Assembly (NCBI GenBank): GCA_045537705.1
Contig: JAZSPY010000036.1
Span: 1-58,927, forward strand
Reading direction: 5' to 3'
DNA length: 58,927 nucleotides
DNA from: Clostridia bacterium
GTDB taxonomy: Bacteria > Bacillota > Clostridia > Christensenellales > QALW01
Made by a program: the position numbers and the translations under genes. Within the stretch, counting starts at the first letter, position 1; each line of letters starts with the position of its first letter. The notes beneath the pieces were generated by a model. The model was given only the letters and a program-made list of their open reading frames with translations, was not told the origin of the DNA and did no database searches. Below are positions 1 to 10,220 of this stretch, piece after piece.

Positions 1-1287
1 CTTGTTATTTGTAACCTTACTGCACAGCAGGCAAGAAACATTAACGATGCTACAAAGTGGAATGTAAACACAGGTGCTACACCTGAAATAGTTGAAAATC
101 CCGAAGCATCACAGAATTTACCTTCAACAACACCTTCAACATCACCTTCAACATCACCTTCAACGTCACCTTCAACATCACCCACTACACCTGATCTTAA
201 GGCTGATGGCGGATATATTACCGTAACCAACCGTGTAAATCAGAATGCAAGCCCAAGGCAGTATGTAGGCGATGCACTTAAAGCATCAGGCGATGGTAAG
301 TATTATATTTCTGCTTGGGTAAAGATTCCTAACTTTACCGAAAATAAAGCAGTTAAAATAATTATTGTTGTTGATGGCAAATATCCACAAATCGCAGCCA
401 CAATCACAAGTGGTGAATGGACCCTTATTTCAGGCGAAATTGATATTACAGGCACGTCTAATATTGCCAAGAACGAAGATTCATATTTCCGTATTCAGAC
501 AGGTACAGATCGTGATGCAGATAAGTGGGATATTTGGTTTGACGGTATCACTTTAAATAAAAAGAATACTGACGGTTCTTATGGTAAAAACATCTTAGTA
601 AATGGTGATTGCAGCAAGGGTGACCTTACCACTTGGGGAAATGATCCGAACTGCACCGTTACCTTTGTTGGTTCAGGTTCAAATGAAGCTCCAAAACGAC
701 CCACAGGAGTTCTTATAACCGCAACAGAAGAAACTGAAACAAACCACATCGTTACTAATACCGGTATTATATCTAAGAATGATATTAAAGATGGCAAGAT
801 TACAAAGACCTTTATCATTGAAAACAGGGGCGAAGAAGCCGTTAAGGTAACCTTCTCACTTCAGTGCGTGCATAAAAATGAAGAAGGTAAAGATATGTGG
901 TCGGCACCTGAAAAAGGCTTTACAGCTTTAATTGAGCCCGGTGACAAGCAGGAACTTACCTATACAATGGAAGTTAATGAAGATGGTACAATTACAGTAT
1001 CAGGCGGTAACAACGATATGGATCATAAACCTGAAGAATTCTTTGCACGCTTTGATATTCTTGAAGCTGACGGAAATCCTTTAGTTGTTAAGGGAACCAA
1101 ACTCTTCATCTTAAACGATAACGAAAACATTAAATTTACTGCAGGCGCTAAAGACATTATCAGTGTTGAGGTTGTTTATTCCGGACAGTCCGCTGATACA
1201 TCAGATATGATACCTTTCGCTGCATTTGTAATTTTACCTTTAATGGTTGCATTTGTTCTTGTTATTAAGAAACGTAAAGAAAACTAA
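1..1287 (+). CDS. Cell-surface carbohydrate-binding protein, 5'-truncated by the window edge. The ORF track shows only the internal Met at 868.
   Basis: Frame 1 has no stop from nt 1 to 1287. It contains a P/S/T linker, a CBM4_9/CBM22-like segment (YVGDALKASGDGKYYISAWVKI...DIWFDGITL), and a C-terminal hydrophobic helix followed by a KKRKEN stop-transfer tail. Confidence 0.75.
   Translation, partial: LVICNLTAQQARNINDATKWNVNTGATPEIVENPEASQNLPSTTPSTSPSTSPSTSPSTSPTTPDLKADGGYITVTNRVNQNASPRQYVGDALKASGDGKYYISAWVKIPNFTENKAVKIIIVVDGKYPQIAATITSGEWTLISGEIDITGTSNIAKNEDSYFRIQTGTDRDADKWDIWFDGITLNKKNTDGSYGKNILVNGDCSKGDLTTWGNDPNCTVTFVGSGSNEAPKRPTGVLITATEETETNHIVTNTGIISKNDIKDGKITKTFIIENRGEEAVKVTFSLQCVHKNEEGKDMWSAPEKGFTALIEPGDKQELTYTMEVNEDGTITVSGGNNDMDHKPEEFFARFDILEADGNPLVVKGTKLFILNDNENIKFTAGAKDIISVEVVYSGQSADTSDMIPFAAFVILPLMVAFVLVIKKRKEN
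121..192 (+). repeat. In-frame 12-nt tandem repeat (CCTTCAACATCA-like units) encoding a PSTT/PSTS linker
   Basis: ccttcaacaaca ccttcaacatca ccttcaacatca ccttcaacgtca ccttcaacatca cccactacacct can be read directly from the sequence. Confidence 0.9.
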
Positions 1288-1341
1288 ACGTAGTGTAAGG
1301 AAAACTTAACGGTTTTCCTTACTTTTTAGGAGAATCTATTT

Positions 1342-3519
1342 ATGAAAACAATAAACAATGCTTTAGTATGGAATCCCTTAGAAATCAAACTTGTAAGTAC
1401 AAAAAAGTACGAAAATCCTTATCTTGATGTTGAAATTAACGCAACTTTCAAACACGTTAGCGGCAAAGAAATTAACGTTATGGGCTTTTGGCATAGTGAA
1501 GATATCTTTGCAGTAAGATTTACCCCATCTTTAGAAGGCACTTGGGAATATGATATTACATGCACTGATAAAGATAATAAGGATTTATTCTTAAAAGGCA
1601 GTTTTGTTGCTAAAAAAGAAGAATCAGAACTTTTAGCAAGAAAACACGGATTTGTTACTGATAGGCATAATAACAGATATTTTACTTATGATGATGGAAC
1701 GCCTTTTTATTGGCTTGCTGATACCCATTGGCAAGCACCTAACTACGAAACTATTTTTGATTGTAACTACCCCGGTTGCGATTGCAAAAATCAGTTTAAG
1801 CATGAGGTAGATGACAGACTTAAAAAAGGCTTTACCGTTTATCAGACGTATTTTGATGCTTCTGAAAGTGATGGTGGCGGTCAGGCAGGACTTTTACCTT
1901 CGCTTTGGGATAAAAAGTTTACTAAACCATCAAGCGAATTTGCTAACAAGGTTGACGTAATGTTTGAATATCTTGATAGCGTTGGCATGGCTATTGCATT
2001 AGGATTTGGCGTTCACTATATTACCGTTCAGAATATGGATGAACAGGATCTTTTCCGTTTTGCAAAATATATTATCGCAAGATACGGTTGCTATAATATA
2101 ATCTGGATTATTGCCCAGGAAATCACAAGGCTTCGTCCATCGCGTATTGAAGGCAAAACTGTTTTTGATACGTATCTTGAACTTGGTCAATTAGTCAGGG
2201 ATTATGATGGCTATAAACATCCCGTTTCTGCACATATGGACGTAATGGAATTTGCTGATGAAAGGGCAAAAAGGCTTTCAGATCAGCCTTGGCACACTTA
2301 TTGGATGACTCAGGGTGGCCACGGTGAAGCTATGGTGCCTAAAAAGAAACACTATAAGGAATATGCTGAAGCAAAGGATTACTTTAAGCCTGTTATTGAA
2401 GGCGAATTAAATTACGAAGATCTTAACTGCGGATATTTTGCTGATAACAGAGGCGCCCGTGTTTCTGCATGGAACGCTATGTTTGCAGGTTGTGCCGGTT
2501 ACACTTATGGCGCAACAGGTATCTGGGCAAACGGTTATTCAACAGAAATCAGCAAAGGCTGGCTTGGTGAAAAAACTTCATACAGTTATGAACCTTGGTA
2601 TATGGGGCTTTCTAAACCGGGCTCTTTTGAGATGCAGTATTTAAAAGAATTCTTTATGAATATAAAGGATTGGTATAATTTTGTTCCAAGTTATTACGAT
2701 ACGTCATTAGGTGATTTTTTAGAAGATGAAAATAAACTTATGATGCGTATTAAGGATGATACTGTTGCTTGCTATTTCAGAAATACCGATTTAACAACAG
2801 GTAAGGTTTTACAGTTAAACAAGAATAAAACCTATACTGCTTATTGGTTTGATGTTAGAACAGGCAACTATATAAAGATTGATACAATTTCAGGCGTTAC
2901 GGAATATGATATTCCTCAAAAGCCTGCATTAGACGATTGGGCATTTATCCTAACTGCTCAAGAATTAAAGAATATTACTGTTGTTGAAAAGTTTGAAAAT
3001 AAAACTATAATAACAGGTGAAGTTATTGCACCCAAAAACGTAAGCGCAATAGGTGGCATTTATTATAAAGATGGCAAGTTAATTGATAACACAGAATATC
3101 TTTATGATGGTAAAAAGGAAACAGTATGGATTCCTTTTGCGCAAAGAAGCACACAAACTATTATTTACGACCTTGGTAAACAGTATGAATTAGGCGGAGT
3201 TGAAATCGTTCCTAATGAAAATACAGCTTTACCACCTTACAGAGTTGAGGTTTCTAATGACGGGCAAAAGTGGTTTACACAGGCCGATACTAACTCTCAG
3301 GGTGCAAAGTTCCACAAAGGAAAAGTTACAAGTAAAATTACAGGCACATGGCAGTTTGTAAAAATAATGCTTCATAACAAATACGTAATTTCTGAAAAAG
3401 AAGCCGAAGAAGCAGATTATAAAGTGTTTGTTAATACAATTTATGTGGATAGGGGAAATAAACCTACTCATTATGCTGAAACTCAAATTCGTGAGATTTC
3501 AGTTTACGGTAAAAATTAA
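1342..3519 (+). CDS. GH140-like glycoside hydrolase (DUF4038 apiosidase-like core). It has an N-terminal DUF5060-type Ig domain and a C-terminal F5/8 type C (discoidin/CBM32-like) domain, and no signal peptide.
   Basis: 725-aa ORF with RBS aggaga upstream. It carries the DDGTPFYWLADTHWQ motif typical of DUF4038, and the C-terminal TQTIIYDLG...YRVEVSNDGQKW is discoidin-like. The N-terminus is not hydrophobic. Confidence 0.6.
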   Translation: MKTINNALVWNPLEIKLVSTKKYENPYLDVEINATFKHVSGKEINVMGFWHSEDIFAVRFTPSLEGTWEYDITCTDKDNKDLFLKGSFVAKKEESELLARKHGFVTDRHNNRYFTYDDGTPFYWLADTHWQAPNYETIFDCNYPGCDCKNQFKHEVDDRLKKGFTVYQTYFDASESDGGGQAGLLPSLWDKKFTKPSSEFANKVDVMFEYLDSVGMAIALGFGVHYITVQNMDEQDLFRFAKYIIARYGCYNIIWIIAQEITRLRPSRIEGKTVFDTYLELGQLVRDYDGYKHPVSAHMDVMEFADERAKRLSDQPWHTYWMTQGGHGEAMVPKKKHYKEYAEAKDYFKPVIEGELNYEDLNCGYFADNRGARVSAWNAMFAGCAGYTYGATGIWANGYSTEISKGWLGEKTSYSYEPWYMGLSKPGSFEMQYLKEFFMNIKDWYNFVPSYYDTSLGDFLEDENKLMMRIKDDTVACYFRNTDLTTGKVLQLNKNKTYTAYWFDVRTGNYIKIDTISGVTEYDIPQKPALDDWAFILTAQELKNITVVEKFENKTIITGEVIAPKNVSAIGGIYYKDGKLIDNTEYLYDGKKETVWIPFAQRSTQTIIYDLGKQYELGGVEIVPNENTALPPYRVEVSNDGQKWFTQADTNSQGAKFHKGKVTSKITGTWQFVKIMLHNKYVISEKEAEEADYKVFVNTIYVDRGNKPTHYAETQIREISVYGKN

Positions 3520-3531
3520 AAGGTGGAATAT

Positions 3532-5979
3532 ATGAAAAGATTTTTAGCACTTGTGCTTACTTTAGCAATTTTTATGGGTTTAGCAACCGGCATTAGCTTT
3601 ACTGCTAAGGCAGAAGGCGAAAACGCAACGGTTTGGTCACCAACTGAAATTACTTTAGAAAGCACTAAAGAATATGAAAACCCTTATAAAGACGTTAGTA
3701 TTGATGCGGTTTTTACCCATACTGACGGCACACAGATTTCACTTCCTGGTTTCTGGAAAGAAGAAAATACTTTCGCAGTACGTTTTTCGCCAACCAAAAC
3801 AGGAAATTGGAATTATAAAATAACCTGCTCTGATGCATCAAACGCTTCTTTAACAAAAGAAGGCACGTTAACTGCAACAGAAAACACTTCTGAAAATGAA
3901 TTGCACAAGCGCGGCTTTGTTAAAGCGGGCGACAACGTTTTTACTTATGATGATGGTACTCCGTTCTTCTGGCTTGCAGATACCCATTGGCAAGCACCCA
4001 ACTATGAACAAACAAACGTTTGTAATTATCCCGGATGCAACTGCTACAACCAGTTTAAACACGAAGTTGATAACCGTTTAGATAAAGGCTTTACAGTTTA
4101 TCAGACTTATTTTGATACCTCCGAAAGCGACGGCGGCGGTCAGATAGGAAAGATTGATTCTATTTGGGAGCAAAGGTTTAAGCTTCCTTCAGCCACGGTG
4201 TTTAACGAAAAGGTTGACTATATGTTCCAGTATCTTCACGAATCTGGTTTGGCTATTGCTTTAGGCTTTGGTGTGCATAGGGCAACTGTTAGAAAAATGT
4301 CAGTAACCGATCTTAAACTTTTTGTAAGATACTGCGTTGCAAGATATGCTTGTTATTCAATTTTGTGGATAACCGGTCAGGAAATTACCCGCCCCAGTGA
4401 AGAAGCTTATGATCCAACAATGAGTGTTATGGATGTATGGGTTGAAATTGCCAAATACGTTGATGAACTTGATGGATATAAACATCCCAATTCTGCTCAT
4501 ATGGACGTTATGGACCTTTCAAATATGGCAGCACTTGAACTTCAAAAACAGTCTTGGCACACCTATTGGGCAACACAGGGCGGTCACGGATTAGGAATGC
4601 TTCCTACTAAAAAGCATTATATGGCATACTGCTCAGGTGAAAAACCCGTTGTTGAAGCAGAATATAACTATGAAGATATAAACTGCGGTGTGTTTACAGG
4701 CTATGATGCCGTAAGAATAGGCGCCTGGAATGCTATGCTTAACGGTTGCGCTGGTTATACCTACGGTGCAGCAGGTATTTGGGCAAACTGCTATTCTACC
4801 GAAGGCAACGTTGGTTGGTATGACGGCTTTACAAGCTATAACTATGAGCCTTGGTATATGGGGCTTGATAAGCCCGGCTCCTTTGAAATGACGTATATGA
4901 AAAACTTCTTTATGACCATTAAGGATTGGTCAAAGTTAGTGGCAAGATATGAAGATACCCGTTATGCAGATTTCTTAAAAGATTCTAAAAAGATGATGTC
5001 ATCAACGGATGATGGCACTACCTTCGTTTGTTATTTTATAAATGAAGATACGTCAACAGGTAAAATTTACGGTTTGGATAACACAAAAACCTATAAGGCG
5101 TTATGGTATAACGTGCTTACAGGCAAGTTTATTCCTGTAAGTGATAACATTCAGGGCGTACAACAGTATGATGTTCCTGAAAAACCAACCACTGAGGACT
5201 GGGTATTCCTTTTAACAAGCGATGAGCTTAATGGTTATAAGACAGAAGCAGTTTACAAACAGCCTGAAAAACAGGAAAACGTAGGCAATATGGTTACACC
5301 ATATAAGGTTACTGCTCTTGGCGGTTTAGAATATAAAAACGGCAGACTTAGAAACAACACTGAAAGTCTTTATGACCTTGATGGCAGAACTGCTTGGGAA
5401 CCCCACGCACACAGGGTTACACAAACCATTATTTATGATCTTGGTGCGGCTTATGATTTAACCCAGATTAACATTGTTCCTGCAACTGAAACGGTGCTTC
5501 CTAAGTATCGTATTGAAGGCTCAAACGATGGCAAAAACTGGACAATTATCGTAAACACGAAGCTTCATGATTTCACTTTGTCAGATGATAAAACTTATTC
5601 TCAGGAAGCTTTAACAGGCGCATACAGGTTTGTTAAGATTCTTCTGTTAAATGCTGAAGATATTCCAACCCAACAAGTAGATAAAGTAGAATACAGAATC
5701 GTACGAAACAACAGATATTTTGACCAAACTAAAGAAACGGCATGCTATTCACATACTGCAATTGCAGAAATTTCTGTTTTTGCTTCAGGTTTAGCAAAAG
5801 ATATTCCTGCACAGAATGGCGATACAGGAGTAGGCGGTGGTGGAACTGCTCAGAATGGAAGTGACGTAAACGGCGGCATTACAGTTAAGGTTCTTCCTAT
5901 CGCTATTACAGGCGCTGTTGCAATAATTCTTATTGGATTAAGTATTGTTATTAAAACAAGAAAGAATAAGCAAGATTAA
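3532..5979 (+). CDS. Paralogue of the preceding GH140-like enzyme, with a signal peptide and a C-terminal transmembrane anchor
   Basis: RBS AGGTGG at 3521-3526, then ATG at 3532 (the track start is GTG 3523). Signal peptide MKRFLALVLTLAIFMGLATGISFTAKAEG. Same DDGTPFFWLADTHWQ core and discoidin-like domain. The tail is a G-rich spacer, a TM helix and KTRKNKQD. Confidence 0.65.
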   Translation: MKRFLALVLTLAIFMGLATGISFTAKAEGENATVWSPTEITLESTKEYENPYKDVSIDAVFTHTDGTQISLPGFWKEENTFAVRFSPTKTGNWNYKITCSDASNASLTKEGTLTATENTSENELHKRGFVKAGDNVFTYDDGTPFFWLADTHWQAPNYEQTNVCNYPGCNCYNQFKHEVDNRLDKGFTVYQTYFDTSESDGGGQIGKIDSIWEQRFKLPSATVFNEKVDYMFQYLHESGLAIALGFGVHRATVRKMSVTDLKLFVRYCVARYACYSILWITGQEITRPSEEAYDPTMSVMDVWVEIAKYVDELDGYKHPNSAHMDVMDLSNMAALELQKQSWHTYWATQGGHGLGMLPTKKHYMAYCSGEKPVVEAEYNYEDINCGVFTGYDAVRIGAWNAMLNGCAGYTYGAAGIWANCYSTEGNVGWYDGFTSYNYEPWYMGLDKPGSFEMTYMKNFFMTIKDWSKLVARYEDTRYADFLKDSKKMMSSTDDGTTFVCYFINEDTSTGKIYGLDNTKTYKALWYNVLTGKFIPVSDNIQGVQQYDVPEKPTTEDWVFLLTSDELNGYKTEAVYKQPEKQENVGNMVTPYKVTALGGLEYKNGRLRNNTESLYDLDGRTAWEPHAHRVTQTIIYDLGAAYDLTQINIVPATETVLPKYRIEGSNDGKNWTIIVNTKLHDFTLSDDKTYSQEALTGAYRFVKILLLNAEDIPTQQVDKVEYRIVRNNRYFDQTKETACYSHTAIAEISVFASGLAKDIPAQNGDTGVGGGGTAQNGSDVNGGITVKVLPIAITGAVAIILIGLSIVIKTRKNKQD

Positions 5980-5984
5980 TAAAA

Positions 5985-6027
5985 ATCCCTTGCCCGAATG
6001 GTAATTTCAGGCAAGGGATACTTTTTT
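5985..6027 (+). terminator. Intrinsic terminator after the GH140-like pair
   Basis: 10-bp stem atcccttgcc/ggcaagggat (5985-5994 / 6010-6019) followed by acttttttag. Confidence 0.8.
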
Positions 6028-6115
6028 AGTAAAAAAGTAAAATTATTGACAATAATTTATAATATATGGTACAATAATAATGAGTGTTGATGCGCATTTT
6101 TTACGGAGATTTACT

Positions 6116-6775
6116 ATGGCAAAAAAGCATAATGCAAAACAGAAAATTGAACATAAACGCTTATATGTTGTGCCTGATATTAAGCCAAAAAAGAAGCCTA
6201 TTTATAGTTTTATCAAAAGAACTTTTGATATAATTGCTTCTTTAGTTGGCTGTATTATTGCGTTCATTCCTATGGCTATTATAGCAATTATTATCCGTAT
6301 AGATTCTAAAGGTCCTGTTATTTATAAGCAGGAAAGGTTAGGGTTAAACGGTAAACCGTTTATGCTTTTAAAGTTCAGATCCATGTGTATTGATGCTGAA
6401 GATGATGGGGCAAAATGGGCTTCTGAAAACGATACCCGTTGTACCCGCATCGGTGGTTTTTTGCGCAAATCCAGGATTGATGAAGTTCCACAACTGTTTA
6501 ATATTCTTAAAGGGGATATGAGCATTGTTGGCCCTCGCCCTGAACGCCCGTTCTTTTATGAGGAATTTGAAAAAACCATACACGGTTTTTCTTATAGGCT
6601 TAACGTTGTTCCCGGTTTAACAGGACATGCCCAGGTTAACGGCGGATACGATCTTTTGCCTGAAGAAAAAATCGTTTATGATATGGAATACATTGAAAAA
6701 CGTTCATTATGGCTTGATTTAAAATGCATTTTTAAAACAATTGCCGTAGTGTTCAATTATGATGGTGCACGTTAA
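6116..6775 (+). CDS. Undecaprenyl-phosphate sugar phosphotransferase (bacterial sugar transferase family, WbaP/EpsL type)
   Basis: RBS ggaga at 6105-6109, then ATG at 6116 (the track starts at 6080). One N-terminal TM helix. Motifs KFRSM, DE(V)PQLFNILKGDMS(I)VGPRP and PGLTG are diagnostic of this family. A TTGACA/TACAAT promoter lies near 6047-6076. Confidence 0.85.
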   Translation: MAKKHNAKQKIEHKRLYVVPDIKPKKKPIYSFIKRTFDIIASLVGCIIAFIPMAIIAIIIRIDSKGPVIYKQERLGLNGKPFMLLKFRSMCIDAEDDGAKWASENDTRCTRIGGFLRKSRIDEVPQLFNILKGDMSIVGPRPERPFFYEEFEKTIHGFSYRLNVVPGLTGHAQVNGGYDLLPEEKIVYDMEYIEKRSLWLDLKCIFKTIAVVFNYDGAR

Positions 6776-6776
6776 T

Positions 6777-7757
6777 ATGAATTTGCAAAACAAAAATATA
6801 TTGATTGTAAGTCCATTCTTTTTTGATTATCACCTGCGCATGAAGGAAGCTTTAGAAAATCGTGGCGCCAACATTGATGTTGTTGATGAGCAACCATCAC
6901 ATTCTGCTATCGCGCGAATTTGCATGCGTAAGGATATAGGGTTATATCACTTTGTAATAAACAAATACTTTGATAAAGTGCTTACAACTTTAAAAAAAGA
7001 TTATGATTTTATTCTTTTTGTTAAATGCGAAGCCCCTACCGTTGAAGTTTTAAAAAAATTTAAACGCCGTTTTCCTTTTGCAAAAAGAATCCTGTACCTT
7101 TGGGATTCAGTTGCAAATATTACCCATATAACAAAAAAGTTTGCGTATTTTAATAAGATTTTTTCATTTGATAATGATGACGTTTTGCGTTACTCATTCC
7201 TTGAATATGCCTATTGGGGATATACTAAGGAGTTTGACGTTCCAACAAACGAAAAAACGGAATATGATCTTGCTTTTATCGGTACGCTTCATTCAGTTAG
7301 ACCAAAGGTGTTAGAGGAAATCTCAAAGCAATGTAAAGAACAAGGACTTGTTTTTTATAAGTTCGTTTACGTACCGCACCTTGTGGTTTATCTTTACAAT
7401 AAACTGATGAATCCTTATTTTATAAACGTAAAACGTAATAAGATTCATTTTAAAGCAATTTCAACACAAAAAACCATAGAAATTTATCAAAAATCAAAAG
7501 CGGTTTTAGAAATTGAAAATACCCATCAATCAGGTGCAACCACCCGCTTAGGCGAAATGATTGGTATGAAAAAGAAAATCGTTACCACCTACAATTGTAC
7601 CAATCAGGAATTTTATAATCCCAACAATCAACTTGTTATTGACGTTAATAATATCAAGATAACCAAAGAATTTTTTGAAACTCCGTATCAGGAAATTGAT
7701 GAAAAAATTCGCCATAAATACTCATTTGATCATTTTATTGATAAGGTTTTTAAGTAA
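6777..7757 (+). CDS. Hypothetical polysaccharide-biosynthesis-associated protein, possibly a glycosyltransferase-like fold
   Basis: The ORF abuts the sugar transferase stop codon (TAA 6773-6775, ATG 6777; the track start is 6759). I recognise no catalytic motif. The function is inferred only from position next to the priming transferase. Confidence 0.35.
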   Translation: MNLQNKNILIVSPFFFDYHLRMKEALENRGANIDVVDEQPSHSAIARICMRKDIGLYHFVINKYFDKVLTTLKKDYDFILFVKCEAPTVEVLKKFKRRFPFAKRILYLWDSVANITHITKKFAYFNKIFSFDNDDVLRYSFLEYAYWGYTKEFDVPTNEKTEYDLAFIGTLHSVRPKVLEEISKQCKEQGLVFYKFVYVPHLVVYLYNKLMNPYFINVKRNKIHFKAISTQKTIEIYQKSKAVLEIENTHQSGATTRLGEMIGMKKKIVTTYNCTNQEFYNPNNQLVIDVNNIKITKEFFETPYQEIDEKIRHKYSFDHFIDKVFK

Positions 7758-7761
7758 AAAT

Positions 7762-7790
7762 AAAAAGCGGTCTATATAGACCGCTTTTTT
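7762..7790. terminator. Bidirectional intrinsic terminator between convergent genes
   Basis: aaaaagcggtcta ta tagaccgcttttttt: a perfect stem flanked by an A-run and a T-run. Confidence 0.85.
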
Positions 7791-7804
7791 TATTTAAGTT
7801 TAAA

Positions 7805-8938
7805 TTATCTTTCAAGGATTGAAACTTCTGTATCCTTATCAAATAACTGAATACGGTATGGGTCAAATGCAAGAACTACATCGTCGCCTGCCATAATCTT
7901 TGAACGTGGGTTAACACGTGCAACAGGGTTATCTGCATTTTCCTGAATGAATGAATCCATTTCAAGATATACAAGTGTTTCATAACCAAGTTTTTCAAGA
8001 AGTTCAACGTGAGCTTTAACCTGTGCTTCAGGATGTGCTTCAATAAATACTTCTTCATCGTGGATATCATCAGGACGGATACCAAGAATAACGTCCTTAC
8101 CGATATAGCTCTGGTCAGTAAGCTTTGAAATAACGCCCTGAGGAAGTTCAACTTTGTTTTCGCCCATACGAGCAACAACCTTATCGCCATCTTTAACAAG
8201 TGTAGCGCTGAAGAAGTTCATCTGTGGTGTACCGATGAAGCCTGCAACGAACTTATTGCAAGGATAATCGTAAAGGTTCTGAGGTGTATCAACCTGCTGA
8301 ATGAAACCATCTTTCATAACAACGATACGGGTACCCATTGTCATAGCTTCTGTCTGGTCGTGGGTAACGTAAATGAAGGTTGTGTTAAGGCGCTTATGAA
8401 GTCTTGTAATTTCAGTACGCATCTGAACACGGAGTTTAGCATCAAGGTTTGAAAGAGGTTCGTCCATAAGGAATACCATGGGCTCACGAACGATAGCACG
8501 GCCTAAAGCAACACGCTGACGCTGACCACCGGAAAGAGCCTTGGGCTTTCTCTGAAGATATTCTTCAATGCCTAATGCTTTTGCAGCTTCCTTAACCTTT
8601 TTGTCAATTTCGCCCTTATGAACCTTACGGAGCTTAAGACCGAAAGCCATATTATCATAAACTGTCATGTGGGGATAAAGTGCATAGTTCTGGAAAACCA
8701 TGGCGATATCTCTATCCTTAGGTGCAACGTCATTCATAAGCTTATCACCAATGAAAAGTTCACCTTCTGTAATTTCTTCAAGACCGGCAACCATACGAAG
8801 TGTAGTTGATTTTCCGCATCCTGAGGGGCCAACAAGAACGATAAATTCCTTGTCCTTAATTACAAGGTTAAAGTCGTTAACAGCGGTAACGCCGCCGGGA
8901 TAAACCTTGTAGATATGTCTTAAAGTAACGCCTGCCAT
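7805..8938 (-). CDS. msmX: Sugar ABC transporter ATP-binding protein, MsmX/MalK type. It is an orphan ATPase with no permease or binding-protein gene adjacent.
   Basis: Walker [10 protein letters not shown], signature LSGGQRQR, Walker [13 protein letters not shown]. Long stretches match the B. subtilis MsmX sequence as I remember it ([21 protein letters not shown]..., [20 protein letters not shown]). Confidence 0.9.
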   Translation of the reverse strand: MAGVTLRHIYKVYPGGVTAVNDFNLVIKDKEFIVLVGPSGCGKSTTLRMVAGLEEITEGELFIGDKLMNDVAPKDRDIAMVFQNYALYPHMTVYDNMAFGLKLRKVHKGEIDKKVKEAAKALGIEEYLQRKPKALSGGQRQRVALGRAIVREPMVFLMDEPLSNLDAKLRVQMRTEITRLHKRLNTTFIYVTHDQTEAMTMGTRIVVMKDGFIQQVDTPQNLYDYPCNKFVAGFIGTPQMNFFSATLVKDGDKVVARMGENKVELPQGVISKLTDQSYIGKDVILGIRPDDIHDEEVFIEAHPEAQVKAHVELLEKLGYETLVYLEMDSFIQENADNPVARVNPRSKIMAGDDVVLAFDPYRIQLFDKDTEVSILER

Positions 8939-9037
8939 ATAAAACAGTCCTCCCTAAATAATTTTTTATCATTATAACATTATACATAAAAAGTCGCTAC
9001 TGTCAAAATGCACAAATAATAGAAACGGTTTGCACAA

Positions 9038-10150
9038 TTAACTGAAGAATGCGATTATTTCTTCCTTTTTAGCGGTGGTTTTACCTTGTAGCATATTATC
9101 CCTGCCACCGCCGAAAGCGTTTAATTTTTCTTTTAAAAGAGTTTTAGTGTTTTCTAAATCAGATGTGATAACGTTAAAACGATAACCATCAATGTCACTA
9201 CCAAAAAAGGCACCGCATAACGAGGGATGATTTTTACTTAAAAGGTTTACTGCGTCTTTAAGTAAATCAGCACTATCAACAAAAATAAAATTTTCAGTGT
9301 TATTGCTGATTTCAATATTTAAAAGTTCTTTTTTCAAACCGTTTAATTCATACTGGGTATCGTTTAATTTTTGCATCAGTTTTTCAACGCCTGCAGGGGT
9401 TTCTTCCATAGGTAAAGAAAGTAAGGCAGAAAGCTTTTTTAAGGCTTTAAAGTAACCGCCAATTTCAGTATAGGCAAATTCGCCTGCCTTCATAAAAATC
9501 CTTACGCCACCTTTATAATTTTGCCAGGAAACAATCTTTATAAAGCCGATTTCGCCTGTAAAATTAACGTGGGGCGCACAACAGGCACAAACGTCAACAC
9601 CGTCAATTTCAACTATTCTTAAATTTTCTTTAATGTCAAGTTTACTGCGATAAAAAAGGTTTTCGGGATTTTGGGGATAATAACAGGATATTTTACGGTT
9701 TTCCCAAACCGCTTTATTGGATAAAAACTCAATTTTATCAATATCTTCTTGGGTTAAAGGACCGTTGTAATCCATAGTAACAAAACAATCGCCTAAATGA
9801 AAGCCTGTGTTTTCATAACCGTAATAGGTGTGCACTACGCCTGAAATTATATGTTCCGCTGTGTGATTCTGCATTTTGTTAAAACGCTTTTTCCAGTCTA
9901 TAACGCCTTTAACTTCATTTTTTTCAATAGGGGAATGGGTGTAATGATAGATGATACCGTTTTCTTCCTGAACATCAAAAACAGGAACTTCATCTAAAAA
10001 ACCCGTATCGCTTTTTTGCCCGCCACCCTCAGCAAAAAATGCAGTCTGATCTAAAACAATTTTATAAAAATTATCACATTTAATACAGTCTAAAACACAG
10101 GCAGAAAACTCTTTAATATAACTGTTTTCATCAAATAAACGTTTGGTCAC
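9038..10150 (-). CDS. alaX: AlaX-type alanyl-tRNA editing protein (AlaRS editing-domain homologue with a C-Ala-like tail)
   Basis: GTG start preceded by aaaaggag. Zinc/editing motifs HTAEHIISG and CCAPHV. C-terminal GGGRDNMLQG resembles the AlaRS C-terminal GGGG(R)xxxAQGG. Confidence 0.8.
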   Translation of the reverse strand: MTKRLFDENSYIKEFSACVLDCIKCDNFYKIVLDQTAFFAEGGGQKSDTGFLDEVPVFDVQEENGIIYHYTHSPIEKNEVKGVIDWKKRFNKMQNHTAEHIISGVVHTYYGYENTGFHLGDCFVTMDYNGPLTQEDIDKIEFLSNKAVWENRKISCYYPQNPENLFYRSKLDIKENLRIVEIDGVDVCACCAPHVNFTGEIGFIKIVSWQNYKGGVRIFMKAGEFAYTEIGGYFKALKKLSALLSLPMEETPAGVEKLMQKLNDTQYELNGLKKELLNIEISNNTENFIFVDSADLLKDAVNLLSKNHPSLCGAFFGSDIDGYRFNVITSDLENTKTLLKEKLNAFGGGRDNMLQGKTTAKKEEIIAFFS

Positions 10151-10183
10151 AATATTGGCTCCTTTTGGGGTGTTGATAATAAA

Positions 10184-10212
10184 ATTATATCATAATTAAA
10201 TAAACAAATCAA
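10184..10212 (-). promoter_or_regulatory. Predicted SigA promoter of alaX
   Basis: The minus strand reads TTGATT, then 17 nt (ending tga), then TATAAT. This lies about 30 nt upstream of the GTG start. Confidence 0.6.
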
Positions 10213-10220
10213 GGCATAAG

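Noticed and set aside
365-818. Track ORFs 365-556 (+) and 579-818 (-)
   Set aside because: Both lie inside the continuous frame-1 reading frame (1-1287), which has recognisable CBM-like and anchor features. They are off-frame or antisense artefacts.
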